64,000 bases of DNA, taken from contig NC_135801.1 of assembly GCF_964213995.1 (NCBI RefSeq), positions 40,548,001 through 40,612,000 on the forward strand. Reading direction: 5' to 3'. The notes under the pieces are model-generated. The model was given only the letters and a program-made list of their open reading frames with translations. It did no database searches and was not told where the DNA came from. The translations under genes and the position numbers were made by a program. This document shows positions 35,090-46,924 of the stretch, in pieces (the first letter of the stretch is position 1; the number at the start of each line of letters is the position of its first letter). Source of the stretch: Mustelus asterias. Its lineage: Eukaryota.

Positions 35090-35620
35090 TCTCATCCTGT
35101 TTTATAGTTTATTCGCTTCACACTTCAGATCATGTTGCTCATCTCTGTAGTCATACCTCTTGAAGTAAAATAATCAGAACTGCATTCGATATTCCAAGTG
35201 AGATTTGCCTCAGCATAGTCTCTAAATTTATGTGCATTCTTCTGCTGATGCATTCTATTTTTTTCAATTACTTCTTCACAAATGAAAAGTTGCAAGTCTG
35301 TCAATATCCTCAGTTTTCACCAACTCTCCTTGTGTGACTACAATTCCATTTATTGTTTTCCTATGCTACACATTTTTAATCCAATATATAATACTCTACA
35401 TTTATTAGAAAATTAAATTTGCCATAAACCATTTTACAAATTATGAATTGTACCCTCCATGCTTACTGCTCCCCTGATGTTGTGGTTTTCTTCAAATTTA
35501 GCAGACTTACACTTGTTTTTGCATCTAAATTCTGGTTAAACATCATACCATGGTACATTTTTTCTTTCATATTGACCTAATTTGTCCAATCAGGTTTCTG
35601 ATGTAACGACCTTAGTTAAT
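35090..35620 (-). mobile_element. Very old CR1 fragment
   Basis: aatcagaactgcattcgatattccaagtgag is the reverse complement of HLEY..QFW. Confidence 0.5.
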
Positions 35621-35912
35621 TTTTGGAACCATTGTGACCAAGTGGAGTGCAGATAAATTTTTTACTACTTTCACACACACTGCAGGAGCAGAGTTCTACC
35701 ATCACTGCAACTTGGTACTACTGTCTATCATATGCTATACAAGTTTGTTTACTGGAGCCTGAAACTGCCTTTTATGACAGCCACAAAGGCCAAAGGGGAT
35801 CATTAACAGATCCAACTGTGGGCTTTGTGGAGTACAAGCTGCCTCATTGAGCAAGCAGAGATTTGCCCAATGGGAAGCAGTCAGCAGGGATTTTTAAGCC
35901 TGTAACGTTACC

Positions 35913-36548
35913 CAGTAAGAGGTCTCACAACACCAGGTTAAAGTCCAACAGATTTACTTGGTAGCAAAAGCCACTAGCTTTCAGAGCGCTCGCTGCTCCT
36001 TCGTCAGGTAAGTGGGATTTCAGTTCACAAACAGGGCATATAAAGACACAAACTCAATTTACAAAATAATGGTTGGAATGCGAGTCTTTACAGGTAATCA
36101 AGTCTTAAAGGTACAGACAATGTGAGTGGAGAGAGGGTTAAGCACAGGTTGAAGAGATGTGTATTGTCTCCAGCCAGGACAGTTAGTGAGATTTTGCAAG
36201 CCCAGGCAAGTCGTGGGGGTTACAGATAGTGTGACATGAACCTAAGATCCCGGTTGAGGCCGTCCTCATGTGTGTGGAACTTGGTTATCAGTCTCTGCTC
36301 AGTGACTCTGCGCTGTCGTGTGTCATGAAGGCCGCCTTGGAGAACGTTTACCTGAAGATCAGAGGCCGAATGCCCATGACCGCTGACGTGTTCCCCCCAC
36401 AGGAAGAGAACACTCCTGTTGCCTGGTGATTGTTGAGCAGTGTTCATTCATCTGTTGTCGTAGCGTCTGTACGGTCTCCCCAATGTACCATGCCTCGGGA
36501 CATCCTTTCCTGCAGCGTATCAGGTAGACAACGTTGGCCGAGTTGCAA
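35913..36548 (-). mobile_element. Penelope-like family A, GIY-YIG endonuclease end plus 3' region
   Basis: CNSANVVYLIRCRKGCPEAWYIGET.QTLRQ.MNEH…EQRLITKFHTHEDGLNRD (GIY-YIG). Hammerhead motif at 35971-36011 (-). Confidence 0.92.
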
Positions 36549-36558
36549 ATCTCACACT

Positions 36559-37664
36559 TGTGAGATTTATACTGTGAGGATTGGGGCGGGGGGGGGGGGG
36601 GAGAGAGAGAAGAGAGAGAGAGAGGAAGGAATTGATAAGAATGGCATAGGCAAAAAGGCAAAGGGAATGTAAATGGTGATGATAAAGGTAGGAATGGTGC
36701 TAAGAGCATCCATTGAGAGACTGGAATGTGTAAATGGCAGAACAAAGGAACAGAGTGTAGAAATGTGGCAGATGGCCCTAGTGGGGGGAGGGGGAAACAA
36801 GATGGAAAGCCACTTTTTAGAAGTGAAAAAATAAAATGTAAGCATATAAAGTAATAAAGTGGATGACGAAGAGGAAAAGAAGAAATTAAATACAATAAAT
36901 GGAGATGGAATGGAGGTGGAGGAAAGAGTTCATGCTCTGAAGTTGTTGAACTTAATGTTCAGTCCGGAAGGCTGTAAAGTGCCTAATCGGAAGAGGTGGT
37001 GCTATTCCTTCAATTTATGTTCGGCTTCACTTGAACATTGCAAAAGGCCAAAGACAGACATGTGGACAGGAAAGCAGGATGGTGTGTTGAAATGGCAAGT
37101 GACTGGGAAGTCTGGGTCCTGCTTGCGGACGGACCAAAGGTGTTCTGCAAAGCAGTCACCTAGTCTGCGGGACCGCATTGTGAGCAGCAAATGCGATAGA
37201 CCATAGAATGATGCCTCACCTGAAAAGTGCGCTTGGGCCCTGGGGTGGTGAACAGGGAGAAGGTGATGGGGCAGGTGTTGCACCTTCCACAAATGCATGG
37301 GAAGGTGCCATCAGCAGTGGGTGAGGTGTAGGGTGTGTTGGAGGAGTGGACCAGGGGATACAGTAGGTACACTCCCTGTGGAGTGTTGACAGGGCAAGTA
37401 AGGGGAAGATGTGTTGGGTAGTGGCATCATGCTGGAGTTGGCGGAAATGGCTGCAGATGATCCTTTGAACGTGGAGGCAGGTGGGGTGAAAAGTGAGGAC
37501 AAGGGGGACCGTATTCTGGTTCTGGGAGGCAGTGAGAACTCTGATGAAGTGTAATCCTGACTCAAAACGTTGGCTCTATTCTTTCTCGACAGATGGTGTC
37601 AGACCTGCTGAGATTTTCCAGCATTCGCTGTTTTTGTTTCAGATTCCAGTATTTTGCTTTTATT
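36559..37664 (-). mobile_element. Penelope-like family B, GIY-YIG region with inverted terminal copy
   Basis: ORF 37002-37298 (RRLGDCFAEHLWSVRKQDPDFPVTCHFN…KLKE) and PCICGRCNTC. A plus-strand terminus at 37535-37664 carries CTGATGA…AAAACGTT. Confidence 0.85.
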
Positions 37665-37908
37665 CAAAAGAAGCGGTTGGCAAAACCCAGTTTGGATTTT
37701 AAAAGAGCCGTCAAAATAGCGTTGTCATTTGAGAACGGAGAGAGAAGGGCTCAGGAGCTACAAGGGACATCAGGCAATAATGTCTTCCAACAAGGGGGTG
37801 GGACATCATGAAACCAAGTCCTTAATGGGGAGTGCTTGTGTCAGATATTAAATGGGCCCAATTGAAATAGGAACGCTAATGTCACCACCAGACAGTCAAG
37901 GAACGGCA

Positions 37909-38252
37909 ATCATAGAAATCATAGAAACCCTACAGTGCAGAAGGAGGCCATTCGGCCCATCGAGTCTGCACCAACCACAATCCCACCCAGGCCCTACCCC
38001 CACATATTTACCCACTAATCCCTCTAACCTACGCATCCCAGGACTCTAAGGGGCAATTTTTTTTAACCTGGCCAATCAACCTAACCCGCACATCTTTGGA
38101 CTGTGGGAGGAAACCGGAGCACCCGGAGGAAACCCACGCAGACACGAGGAGAATGTTCAAACTCCACACAGACAGTGACCCGAGCCGGGAATCGAACCCG
38201 GGACCCTGGAGCTGTGAAGCAGCAGTGCTAGCCACTGTGCTACCGTGCCGCC
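37909..38252 (-). mobile_element. HE1-type V-SINE, full length
   Basis: Near-identical reverse complement of 61829-62173. Confidence 0.92.
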
Positions 38253-38329
38253 GTTGGCAATGCCAACTCCAAGAATACTTCAAGAAGGATGTAACTTTCA
38301 GCTGACAGATTAGTGCAAGCACTGTCAAA

Positions 38330-38535
38330 GGATTTGATTTATTGTCATATGTATTGGTACAAAGTGAAAAGTATTGTTTCTTGCGCACTATACAGACAAA
38401 GCATACCATTCATAGAGTACATAGGGGAGAAGGAAAGAAGAGGGTGTAGAATATAGAGTTACAGTCATAACTAAGATATAGAGAATGATCGACTTAACAT
38501 AAGGTAGGTCCATTCAAAAGTCTGATGGCAACAGG
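38330..38535 (-). mobile_element. Rex1/Babar 3' end fragment
   Basis: Matches 23570-23760 (gatttgatttattgtcatatgtatt…tacagtcata…tccattcaaaagtctga). Confidence 0.85.
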
Positions 38536-40426
38536 CATTCATCGCTGGGTGATACGGTGCTGACGTCACATGTCTGATTCTGTGGTGCTCCATGTATTCA
38601 GCAAAGTGTTTTACTACAAACTGGGGTCCATTGTCATTGACCACTTGTTCCGGATTGCCAAACCGAGCAAATATTTTATCAAGTTTGTCTAGCATTAACT
38701 CTGCCGATGTGGACTCCATAGCCACGACCTCCAGCCACTTGGAGTGGGCATCCACTACCACTAAGAGCATCTGCCCTTCCACTGGAATAGCAAAGTCAAT
38801 ATGGATTCACTGCCATGCCGATTGGGCTCTTCTCTCAGATGGAGAAGCAAAAAGGGCAGCACCTTCCATACTAAGGCACAGGACTCGCACGATCCTGCTT
38901 TTACTTCAATTTGTGCATTAATTTGGCCACCAAAAATAGATTCCTGCTACTTCTTTCATTCGCACCACCCCGTCACCCTTGGTGCACCTGTTCCAGCATC
39001 TTTCCTCTTATTGATGGAGGAATGATGACTCTCATACCTCAAACTAAACATCTCACTGACAACTCCCATTTTCGGGACATATACAGCCGAAACTTTGGGT
39101 GGTTTCCATTACTCGACACTCAGGACTGGGACCACAACCTGCCTCATAATCGGATCGTTTCAAAACCTGTTTAGCAGTTATCTGAACTTTATCTTCTTGT
39201 GTGAAGTGCAGTATTTTCAGATTCCAGCCAGGAGCAGCTTTACCCCCAGGCAAAGGCAGCCTTGACAGAGCATCCGCATTGCCGTGTTTTTCAGACTGGC
39301 AGTACTGGATTTCGTACGAGGACGTTGACAGCACCAATGCCCACCTTTGCAATTGAGCTGCTGTCATGGACAGTATTCCTATGTAAGGCCCTAAGCTGGA
39401 TGTCAAAGGCCTATGGTCTGTTAGAAGTACAAAATGCCTGCCGTATAGGAAGTAATAAAATTATTTGTCGCCAAAGACTATGCCCAAGCCCTCTTTTTCC
39501 ACCTGTGCATATTTTCTCAGCCTTTGTCAATGGTCTCTCTCAATTTGGCATAATATGAGACAGGACAGCTCCAACTCCATAGGACGAGGTGGCATGCAAG
39601 TTGCAGCAGTAACTTTGGGTTGAAATGAACTAGCACTTCCGATCTCTTCAAAGCCTGTTTTACCGCCAGGTAGGCCTCCTCTCATTCTTTAGCCCATTTC
39701 CACAGCTGCGCTTTTCCCAGCACCGATGCATCGGTTTCAACACCGTCACCAGATCCAGAACAAACATGCTATAGTAACTAAGAAGTCCCAATAACAACCT
39801 CCATAGGGAAACATTTTCTGATCTTGGGGCCTTCCTGATGGCCTTCTTGTAACCCATCTTGTAAGCCTGTGTAATCCATCACCATCAATTACTTGGCCCA
39901 GGTACTCCATTGACTCCTTAAATAACTCACATTTCTCTCTTGACTTATAGACCATCCTCCTGCAACCTCTGAGATGTGTTCCAGGTTCTTTAAATGCTCC
40001 TCCTCTATCGAACCAGTGACCAAAATATTGTCCTGGTAACACTGGACTCCTGTCAACCCACTCAAAGATTTGGTCCATTGCCCCCTGGAAGAGAGCCAGA
40101 GCTCATGTAATGCTGAATGGAAGCCGTTTATAGCAGAACAGGCCCCTTTATGTGACTATTGTTAGCAACAACTGTGAATCCTTCACTACCCCCATCTGCA
40201 AATAGGCCTGCAATAGGTCCATTTTGGAGAATTTCTTTCCTCCTGCCAGGACACTGAAAAGATCCTTGACGAGAGGAAGTAGGCATTTGTCAGCACACAG
40301 ACCTGGGTTTACTGTCACTCTAAAACCCCACAAATTCTTAGTGATCCGTCTGATTTCAAAACTGGAACAACTGGAGTGGCCCATTCACCAGTTCCAACGC
40401 ACCAGATCCACAAGGCATTCCAATTC

Positions 40427-40600
40427 AGTCCAAAGATGTGCGGGTTAGGTTGATTGGCCATTCTAAATTGCCCCTTAGTGTCCCGGGGGGTTAGTGGGTA
40501 AATATGTAGGGATATGTGGATAGGGCCTGGGTGGGATTGTGGTTGGTGCAGACTCGATGGGCCGAATGGCCTCTTTCTGCACTGTAGGATTCTATGATTC
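40427..40600 (+). mobile_element. HE1-type SINE 3' half inserted in Gypsy pol
   Basis: agtccaaagatgtgcgggttagg…gactcgatgggccgaatggcc…ttctatgattc. Confidence 0.9.
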
Positions 40601-42106
40601 AGCGTCCACCTTAGGCCTAATGGCGTACAGTACCAGATGTGCCGTTAAACTTCTTGGGCTAGCATCCAGCTTCAGCCACAATTTAACCTAGACACCCTTC
40701 ATCTCTCCAAGGGTTCCTTGAAAGACATCATTAAATTTTTCCAAAATATCTTGAAACCTCATGTTCAAGTCCGCCAGCCTATTAACCATGCTCCTGTTCA
40801 ATTTCAACTTCTGTAATCAGGAGCATCCGAATAACGCAAGGTAGTTGCTTTTTACCACCCCTGTATCAGCTTCCATTTTCACAGTTTTCCCTTCCAGAAC
40901 CCAGAAACAATCGGCTTCCCCCCACCCCCCATACCAAAAAATATTCAGCCCGTTTCTCCGGACTGTCTGCTTCCTCTGCAGACCCAGTTGACTCCCTATC
41001 CTCTCCATGGCTGGCATCATAGACCTTTTGTCTTGGCCTGCTAGAAGCTCATTTTTGTTTTCCTCTCTCTGGGCTTAAATGCACTGGCATTTCCACGCAA
41101 TGTGACCAACAAGTTTGCACTTGTGACACTGGGTCTCTCGTGTCCAGCAATTCGACTCTGTGGCCTTTCCTGCTACACTGGTGGCATTACAATGCTAGCA
41201 CCAAACTCTTCCACTTCCCACCTTGTGCACCTGAACGCTGACACCCAACTGTGCTGCTTCTCTGGCGGCTAACTCCATGGAATTGCAATCTCAAACCCAG
41301 ACTTAAACTGTAAATTCTTTTCAGCCAATAACTTCCGTTGGATGGCTTCATGCCAGAGGCCACAAACCAGCTGGTCCCGTAAGGCATCCTGGAGTATGTT
41401 TCTGAACTCTCAGTGCTCTGTCAGTCTCTTCAGAGTAGCCACGAATTGAACAATTGATTCCCCTTCGAATTGGTCTCGCTTATAAAACCTGAAACGCTCC
41501 GCAATCATCAATGACTTGGGGACAAAGTGATCTTTTACTATAATCACACAAATCTTGGTAAGTCTTCTCAGCGGGTTTTTCAGGTTGTACCAAATTTCTT
41601 AAAGCAGCAAAGGTCTTGCTCGACATGGTAGTTAAGAAAACTGGTACAACCAGGTCATCACCCACGTTATTGGCCATCAGATAATCACTGAAGCACTCAG
41701 TCTATGGTATCCAGTTCTCTGCCTCTTCAAAGGGGCCTATGGCGCTGAATGTGGCCACCATTTTCCTTAGCCGGTGGCGGGAATGTTTCCCACCAATCGA
41801 GTCTAGGCCCAAAACTTCCTCTTGCCATCGCCCGCAAGCCATCTGCAGCCCGAGTCCCCTTGGCGCCCGCTTCCTGAGATGTTTTTGGCCAGCTACCAGG
41901 CAAGTATTACTTTCTCCCTGAATGGACTGTTCAAACAAAGCAATGGCGGTTGGAACATTCCTATCTTTTCTTCGCAGGGTTGCCACACTACAGTTCCCTT
42001 TCCAGTGCCTTTCTATGAAGTCCGGGCCGATGCTCAATACCCTCCCCCTTCAGCAGAATGGAATGCCAGCTGAATGCATAGGCCATGAAGCAGCTTCGTT
42101 ACCAGT

Positions 42107-42266
42107 TGTTATGTATGCACCTATCAACTTATGATGCCTAGTAAGCTTGTTAATTGAACACTTGGGAGCATTTTATTGTAGGTGTGCCCTGTTCAGAGGT
42201 CACCTGACCTGAACTCTTAAAGGGTAGTACGCACCCCAAACTCCAACATACATTATATATATTACA
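42107..42266 (-). repeat. 5' LTR (about 160 bp) of the Gypsy element
   Basis: Minus strand runs TGTAATA…AATAAA…ATAACA and is followed 2 nt later by the PBS-like TGGTAACGAAG (42094-42104). Confidence 0.7.
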
Positions 42267-42671
42267 GTTAGATCACGCCCACTCTGTCAAATAGCTAGCC
42301 ATGAACACAAAGGATTGATCCAGAAACAATAGTCAGATCATATACAAGCCTGTTGGAGAGAAAATCCTGGTAGGTTAGAGAAACTTCAAATAATTAGGGG
42401 TTTAAGGCACTAATCAAACCACTGACACGAAGTGAAATGGCCTTAGATCAGACTAACAGTTTAACAGGGAAACTGCCTGCATAAAGGCATGTAAGAATGA
42501 GATTTGAACAAGTATTTCTGATTTAAACATGTATTTTGGTATTTTAAATGTATTATATAAAATAATTGTGCACCTTAGCCAAGAGCAGATTGCTGCATGG
42601 GATGATGGGATGAAGCCTTAGCAGACAGAACCACATTCTTTGGAAACAATGAAACCTCCAAATGTGCAAGT

Positions 42672-42790
42672 ATCATAAGACCATAAGACATAGGAGGAGA
42701 ATTAGGCCACTCAGCCCATCGAGTCTGCTCTGCCATTCAATCATGGTTGATATTTTTCTCATCCCCATTCTCCTGCCTTTTCCCCATAAC
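42672..42790 (-). mobile_element. CR1 3' tail fragment
   Basis: cataagaccataagacatagg…gccattcaatcatggttgat. Confidence 0.85.
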
Positions 42791-42918
42791 AAAAGTTGCT
42801 AGCAGTAAGGTTCTCAGGGCTACTTATGAAGAGTTTTTCACACTATCCAGATAAGACAGTTACCTTCTCAGACATGAGAATGTACATCGGTCTCATTTGG
42901 CCAGTGACGTAGCAGGAA

Positions 42919-45570
42919 TTGATGCTACTGGACTGGCAGTTAAACATCCAGGGATTCACAACCTATCGAAAAGACAGAGGGGTGGGTAGAGGGGGCGGGG
43001 TTGCCTTGTTAATTAGAAATGAAATTAAATCAATAGCACTAAACGACATAGGGTCAGACGATGTGGAGTCTGTGTGGGTAGAGTTGAGGAACCACAAAGG
43101 CAAAAAAACCATAATGGGAGTTATGTACAGGCCTCCTGACAGTGGTCAGGACCAGGGGCACAAAATGCACCACGAAATAGAAAGGGCATGTCAGAAAGGC
43201 AAGGTCACAGTGATCATGGGGGATTTCAATATGCAGGTGGACTGGGTAAATAATGTTGCCAGTGGACCCAAAGAAAGGGAATTCATTGAATGTTTACAGG
43301 ATGGCTTTTTGGAACAGCTTGTGATGGAGCCCACGAGGGAACAGGCTATTCTGGACTTAGTGTTATGTAATGAGCCAGACGTGATAAAAGATCTTAAAGT
43401 AAGGGAACACTTAGGAAGCAGTGATCATAATATGGTAGAATTCAGTCTGCAATTTGAAAGAAGGAAGGCAGAATCAGATGTGAAGGTTCTACAGTTAAAT
43501 AAAGGTAATTACAGGCGCATGAGGGAGGAACTGACAAAAATCGACTGGAAGCAGAGCCTAATGGGAAAGACAGTAGAACAGCAATGGCAGGAGTTTCTGG
43601 GAGTAATTGAGGACACAGTGCAGAGGTTCATCCCAAACAAAAGAAAGGTTATCAGAGGGGGGATTAGGCAGCCATGGCTGACAAAGGAAGTCAGGGAATG
43701 CATCAAGGCAAAAGAGAGAGCCTATAATGTGGCAAAGAGTAGTGGGAAGTCAGAAGATTGGGAAGGCTATAAAAACAAACAGAGGATAACAAAGAGAGAA
43801 ATAAGGAAGGAGAGGATCAAATATGAAGGTAGGCTAGCCAGTAACATTAGGAATGATAGTAAAAGTTTCTTTAAATACATTAAAAACAAACGGGAGGCAA
43901 AAGTAGACATTGGGCCGCTCCAAAATGACGCTGGTAATCTAGTGATGGGAGACAAGGAAATAGCTGAGGAACTTAATAAGTACTTTGCGTCAGTCTTCAC
44001 AGTAGAAGACATGAGTAATATCCCAACAATTCAGGAAAGTCAGGGGGCAGAGTTGAATATGGTTGCCATCACAAAGGAGAAAGTGCTAGAGAAACTAAAA
44101 GGTCTGAAAATTGATAAATCTCCGGGCCCAGATGGGCTACATCCTAGAGTTCTAAAGGAGATAGCTGAAGAAATAGTGGAGGCGTTAGTTATGATCTTTC
44201 AAAAGTCACTGGAGTCAGGGAAAGTCCCAGAGGATTGGAAAATCGCTGTTGTAACCCCACTGTTCAAGAAGGGAACAAGAAAAAAGATGGAAAATTATAG
44301 GCCAATTAGCCTAACCTCAGTTGTTGGCAAAATTCTAGAATCCATCGTTAAGGATGAGATTTCTAAATTCTTGGAAGTGCAGGGTCGGATTAAGACAAGT
44401 CAGCATGGATTTAGTAAGGGGAGGTCGTGCCTGACAAACCTGTTAGAGTTCTTTGAAGAGATAACAAATAGGTTAGACCAAGGAGAGCCAATGGATGTTA
44501 TCTATCTTGACTTCCAAAAGGCCTTTGACAAGGTGCCTCACGGGAGACTGCTGAGTAAAATAAGGGCCCATGGTATTCGAGGCAAGGTACTAACATGGAT
44601 TGACGATTGGCTGTCAGACAGAAGGCAGAGAGTTGGGATAAAAGGTTCTTTCTCAGAATGGCAACCGGTGACAAGTGGTGTCCCGCAGGGTTCAGTGTTG
44701 GGGCCACAGCTGTTCTCTTTATATATTAACGATCTAGATGACGGGACTGGGAGCATTCTGGCCAAGTTTGCCGATGATACAAAGATAGGTGGAGGGGCAG
44801 GTAGTATTGAGGAGGTGGGGAGGCTGCAGAAAGATTTAGACAGTTTAGGAGAGTGGTCCAAGAAGTGGCTGATGAAATTCAACGTGGGCAAGTGCGAGGT
44901 TGTACACTTTGGAAAAAAGAATAGAGGCATGGACTATTTTCTAAACGGTGACAAAATTCATAATGCTAAAGTGCAAAGGGACTTGGGAGTCCTAGTCCAG
45001 GATTCTCTAAAGGTAAACTTGCAGGTTGAGTCCGTAATTAAGAAAGCAAATGTAATGTTGTCATTTATCTCAAGAGGCTTGGAATACAAAAGCAGGGATG
45101 TACTTCTGAGGCTTTATAAAGCACTGGTTAGGCCCCATTTGGAGTACTGTGAGCAATTTTGGGCCCCACACCTCAGGAAGGACATACTGGCACTGGAGCG
45201 GGTCCAGCGGAGATTCACACGGATGATCCCAGGAATGGTAGGCCTGACATACGATGAACGTCTGAGGATCGTGGGATTATATTCATTGGAGTTTAGGAGG
45301 TTGAGGGGAGATCTGATAGAAACTTACAAGATAATGAACGGCTTAGATAGGATGGACGTAGGGAAGTTGTTTCCATTAACAGGGGAGACTAGGACGCGGG
45401 GGCACAGCCTTAGAATAAAAGGGAGTCACTTTAGAACAGAGATGAGGAGAAATTTCTTCAGCCAGAGAGTGGTGGGTCTGTGGAATTCATTGCCACAGAG
45501 GGCTGTGGAGGCCGAGACGTTGAGCGTCTTCAAGACAGAAATTGATAAATTCTTGATTTCGAGGAATTAA
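42919..45570 (+). CDS. CR1 LINE ORF2 (APE endonuclease plus reverse transcriptase), 883 aa uninterrupted, N-terminally truncated
   Basis: APE motifs RKDR…GGGV, YRPP, MGDFN, LDLVL and SDH; RT motifs NYRPISLTS, QHGF, DFQKAFD, GVPQGSVLGP and FADD. The first few codons come from flanking DNA. Confidence 0.93.
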   Translation: MMLLDWQLNIQGFTTYRKDRGVGRGGGVALLIRNEIKSIALNDIGSDDVESVWVELRNHKGKKTIMGVMYRPPDSGQDQGHKMHHEIERACQKGKVTVIMGDFNMQVDWVNNVASGPKEREFIECLQDGFLEQLVMEPTREQAILDLVLCNEPDVIKDLKVREHLGSSDHNMVEFSLQFERRKAESDVKVLQLNKGNYRRMREELTKIDWKQSLMGKTVEQQWQEFLGVIEDTVQRFIPNKRKVIRGGIRQPWLTKEVRECIKAKERAYNVAKSSGKSEDWEGYKNKQRITKREIRKERIKYEGRLASNIRNDSKSFFKYIKNKREAKVDIGPLQNDAGNLVMGDKEIAEELNKYFASVFTVEDMSNIPTIQESQGAELNMVAITKEKVLEKLKGLKIDKSPGPDGLHPRVLKEIAEEIVEALVMIFQKSLESGKVPEDWKIAVVTPLFKKGTRKKMENYRPISLTSVVGKILESIVKDEISKFLEVQGRIKTSQHGFSKGRSCLTNLLEFFEEITNRLDQGEPMDVIYLDFQKAFDKVPHGRLLSKIRAHGIRGKVLTWIDDWLSDRRQRVGIKGSFSEWQPVTSGVPQGSVLGPQLFSLYINDLDDGTGSILAKFADDTKIGGGAGSIEEVGRLQKDLDSLGEWSKKWLMKFNVGKCEVVHFGKKNRGMDYFLNGDKIHNAKVQRDLGVLVQDSLKVNLQVESVIKKANVMLSFISRGLEYKSRDVLLRLYKALVRPHLEYCEQFWAPHLRKDILALERVQRRFTRMIPGMVGLTYDERLRIVGLYSLEFRRLRGDLIETYKIMNGLDRMDVGKLFPLTGETRTRGHSLRIKGSHFRTEMRRNFFSQRVVGLWNSLPQRAVEAETLSVFKTEIDKFLISRN

Positions 45571-45690
45571 GGGCTATGGGGAGAGAGCGGGTAAATGGAG
45601 TTGAAATCAACCATGATTGAATGGTGGAGTGGACTCGATGGGCCGAATGGCCTTACTTCCGCTCCTATGTCTTATGGTCTTATGGTCTTA
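42930..45690 (+). mobile_element. Young 5'-truncated CR1 (HER1-like) LINE
   Basis: Contains the ORF above, a 3' UTR with gactcgatgggccgaatggcc (shared with the HE1 tails) and a (tcttatgg)n end. Confidence 0.95.
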
Positions 45691-45867
45691 ATTGGTGGGA
45701 ATCTTAACTTTGACCTTTGTAGTTCAGCATCAGGGGTTACGAGGCAACAGAGGTAGAAGCATCAGCAATAGGGGGAGAAAGCATCGGGATTCTACGGACC
45801 ATTGAAATCCATGATGTCAGAGGGTAGAATGCAATTGGCTAAAGTATGTGACAAGTGTTATTAATGA

Positions 45868-46165
45868 TTAGAATCCCTACTGTGCAGGAGGCGGCCATTC
45901 TGCACTGACTACAATCCTACCTAGGCCCTATTCCCGTAACTCCACTTATTTACTCTGCTAATCCCCCTGACGCTAGGGTCAATATAGCATGGCCAATCAA
46001 CCTAACCTGTATATCTTTGGACTATGGGAGGAAACCAGAGCACCCAGAGGAAACCCATGCAGACACGGGTAGAATGTGCAAACTCCACACAGACAGTGAC
46101 CCAAGACGAGAATTGAACCCAGGTCCTTGGCGCTGTGAGGCGGCAGTGCTAACCACTGTGCCACC
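45868..46165 (-). mobile_element. HE1-type V-SINE
   Basis: Reverse complement of the HE1 head, V-domain and tail. Confidence 0.9.
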
Positions 46166-46924
46166 AATTGATTTATATTGAAGATGATTTGATCATAACT
46201 AACAGAAGGCGGGGAAAATGTATAATTGACCAATCTGTGCAACGTAACTTCAGAGTAGTATTGAACTGCTCAAAGCTTTCTCTTGTAGTGAGGCATTGGA
46301 CTGCCTAATGCTCATTCCCCCTACGATCGTTGGTTAATAAAGATACCTCTTTAAACCGGTACACTGGCTTTCGTGAGTCTTTGTATTGGCTGAAGTTGTG
46401 GCAATATCCAGCCTCCAGGGAACCCTGCAACAAAGCCAGTTTTTAAGTATAACTTAAGTATTAATCTATAAATTTTGAAACTCAAGCAACGTTGTAGATG
46501 GATTCTTTATCTGCATTTCATTCTCAATTTTATTTGCAGCCTCCTTGCAGAAATAATGTTTTTGTATGCTCTCAAATATAACTTCAATGTCTACTTAATG
46601 TCATTGTACCAAGTTAACTCTCTGAACTAATATTTTTAAATCACAAGCAACATTTGCAACATTATCTTTCTTTATTTTCAATACCACCTTAATTTCAAAC
46701 ATTTTAGTTCCAAAATAACTGAATCTCTGAAGCATACATTACCTTTGATATGATGGAAAATGAGATGCTGAATTTCAAATTAATAAAGAGACAGATAATT
46801 GGATAGGCACCTTTAATCTCTGTGGTGTAAATGTTAGCTAAACTATTTTGCACTAGCTGTAATTATACCAGCTAACATTTCTCTTTGTCAGTGTCGCTGC
46901 TTTTTTTTTGCTATTTTTCAACTC

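Larger units (their letters stand above)
38536..42266 (-). mobile_element. Ty3/Gypsy LTR retrotransposon, decayed, 3'-truncated
   Basis: Domain order gag (ANNV…VFLT…LRNLVQPEKP; CHKC…GH…C knuckle at about 41090-41135), protease (EADTG), RT (FSKMDL.QAYLQ), RNase H (LQRWAL.LS…NADALSRLP), integrase (VVDAHSKWLEV…DNGPQF…SAPYHP). Confidence 0.92.
42490..46432 (+). mobile_element. Putative solo LTR split by two CR1 insertions and one HE1
   Basis: Starts TGTAAG (42490) and ends TGCAACA (46432), with a TATA-like tgtataat (about 46219) and AATAAA (about 46336). Flanks are aaggca / aagcca. Confidence 0.35.

Noticed and set aside
42672-45690. Inverted CR1 tails flanking the long ORF, resembling TIRs
   Set aside because: The two tails differ substantially and are separated from the ORF by unrelated DNA, so they are independent insertions.
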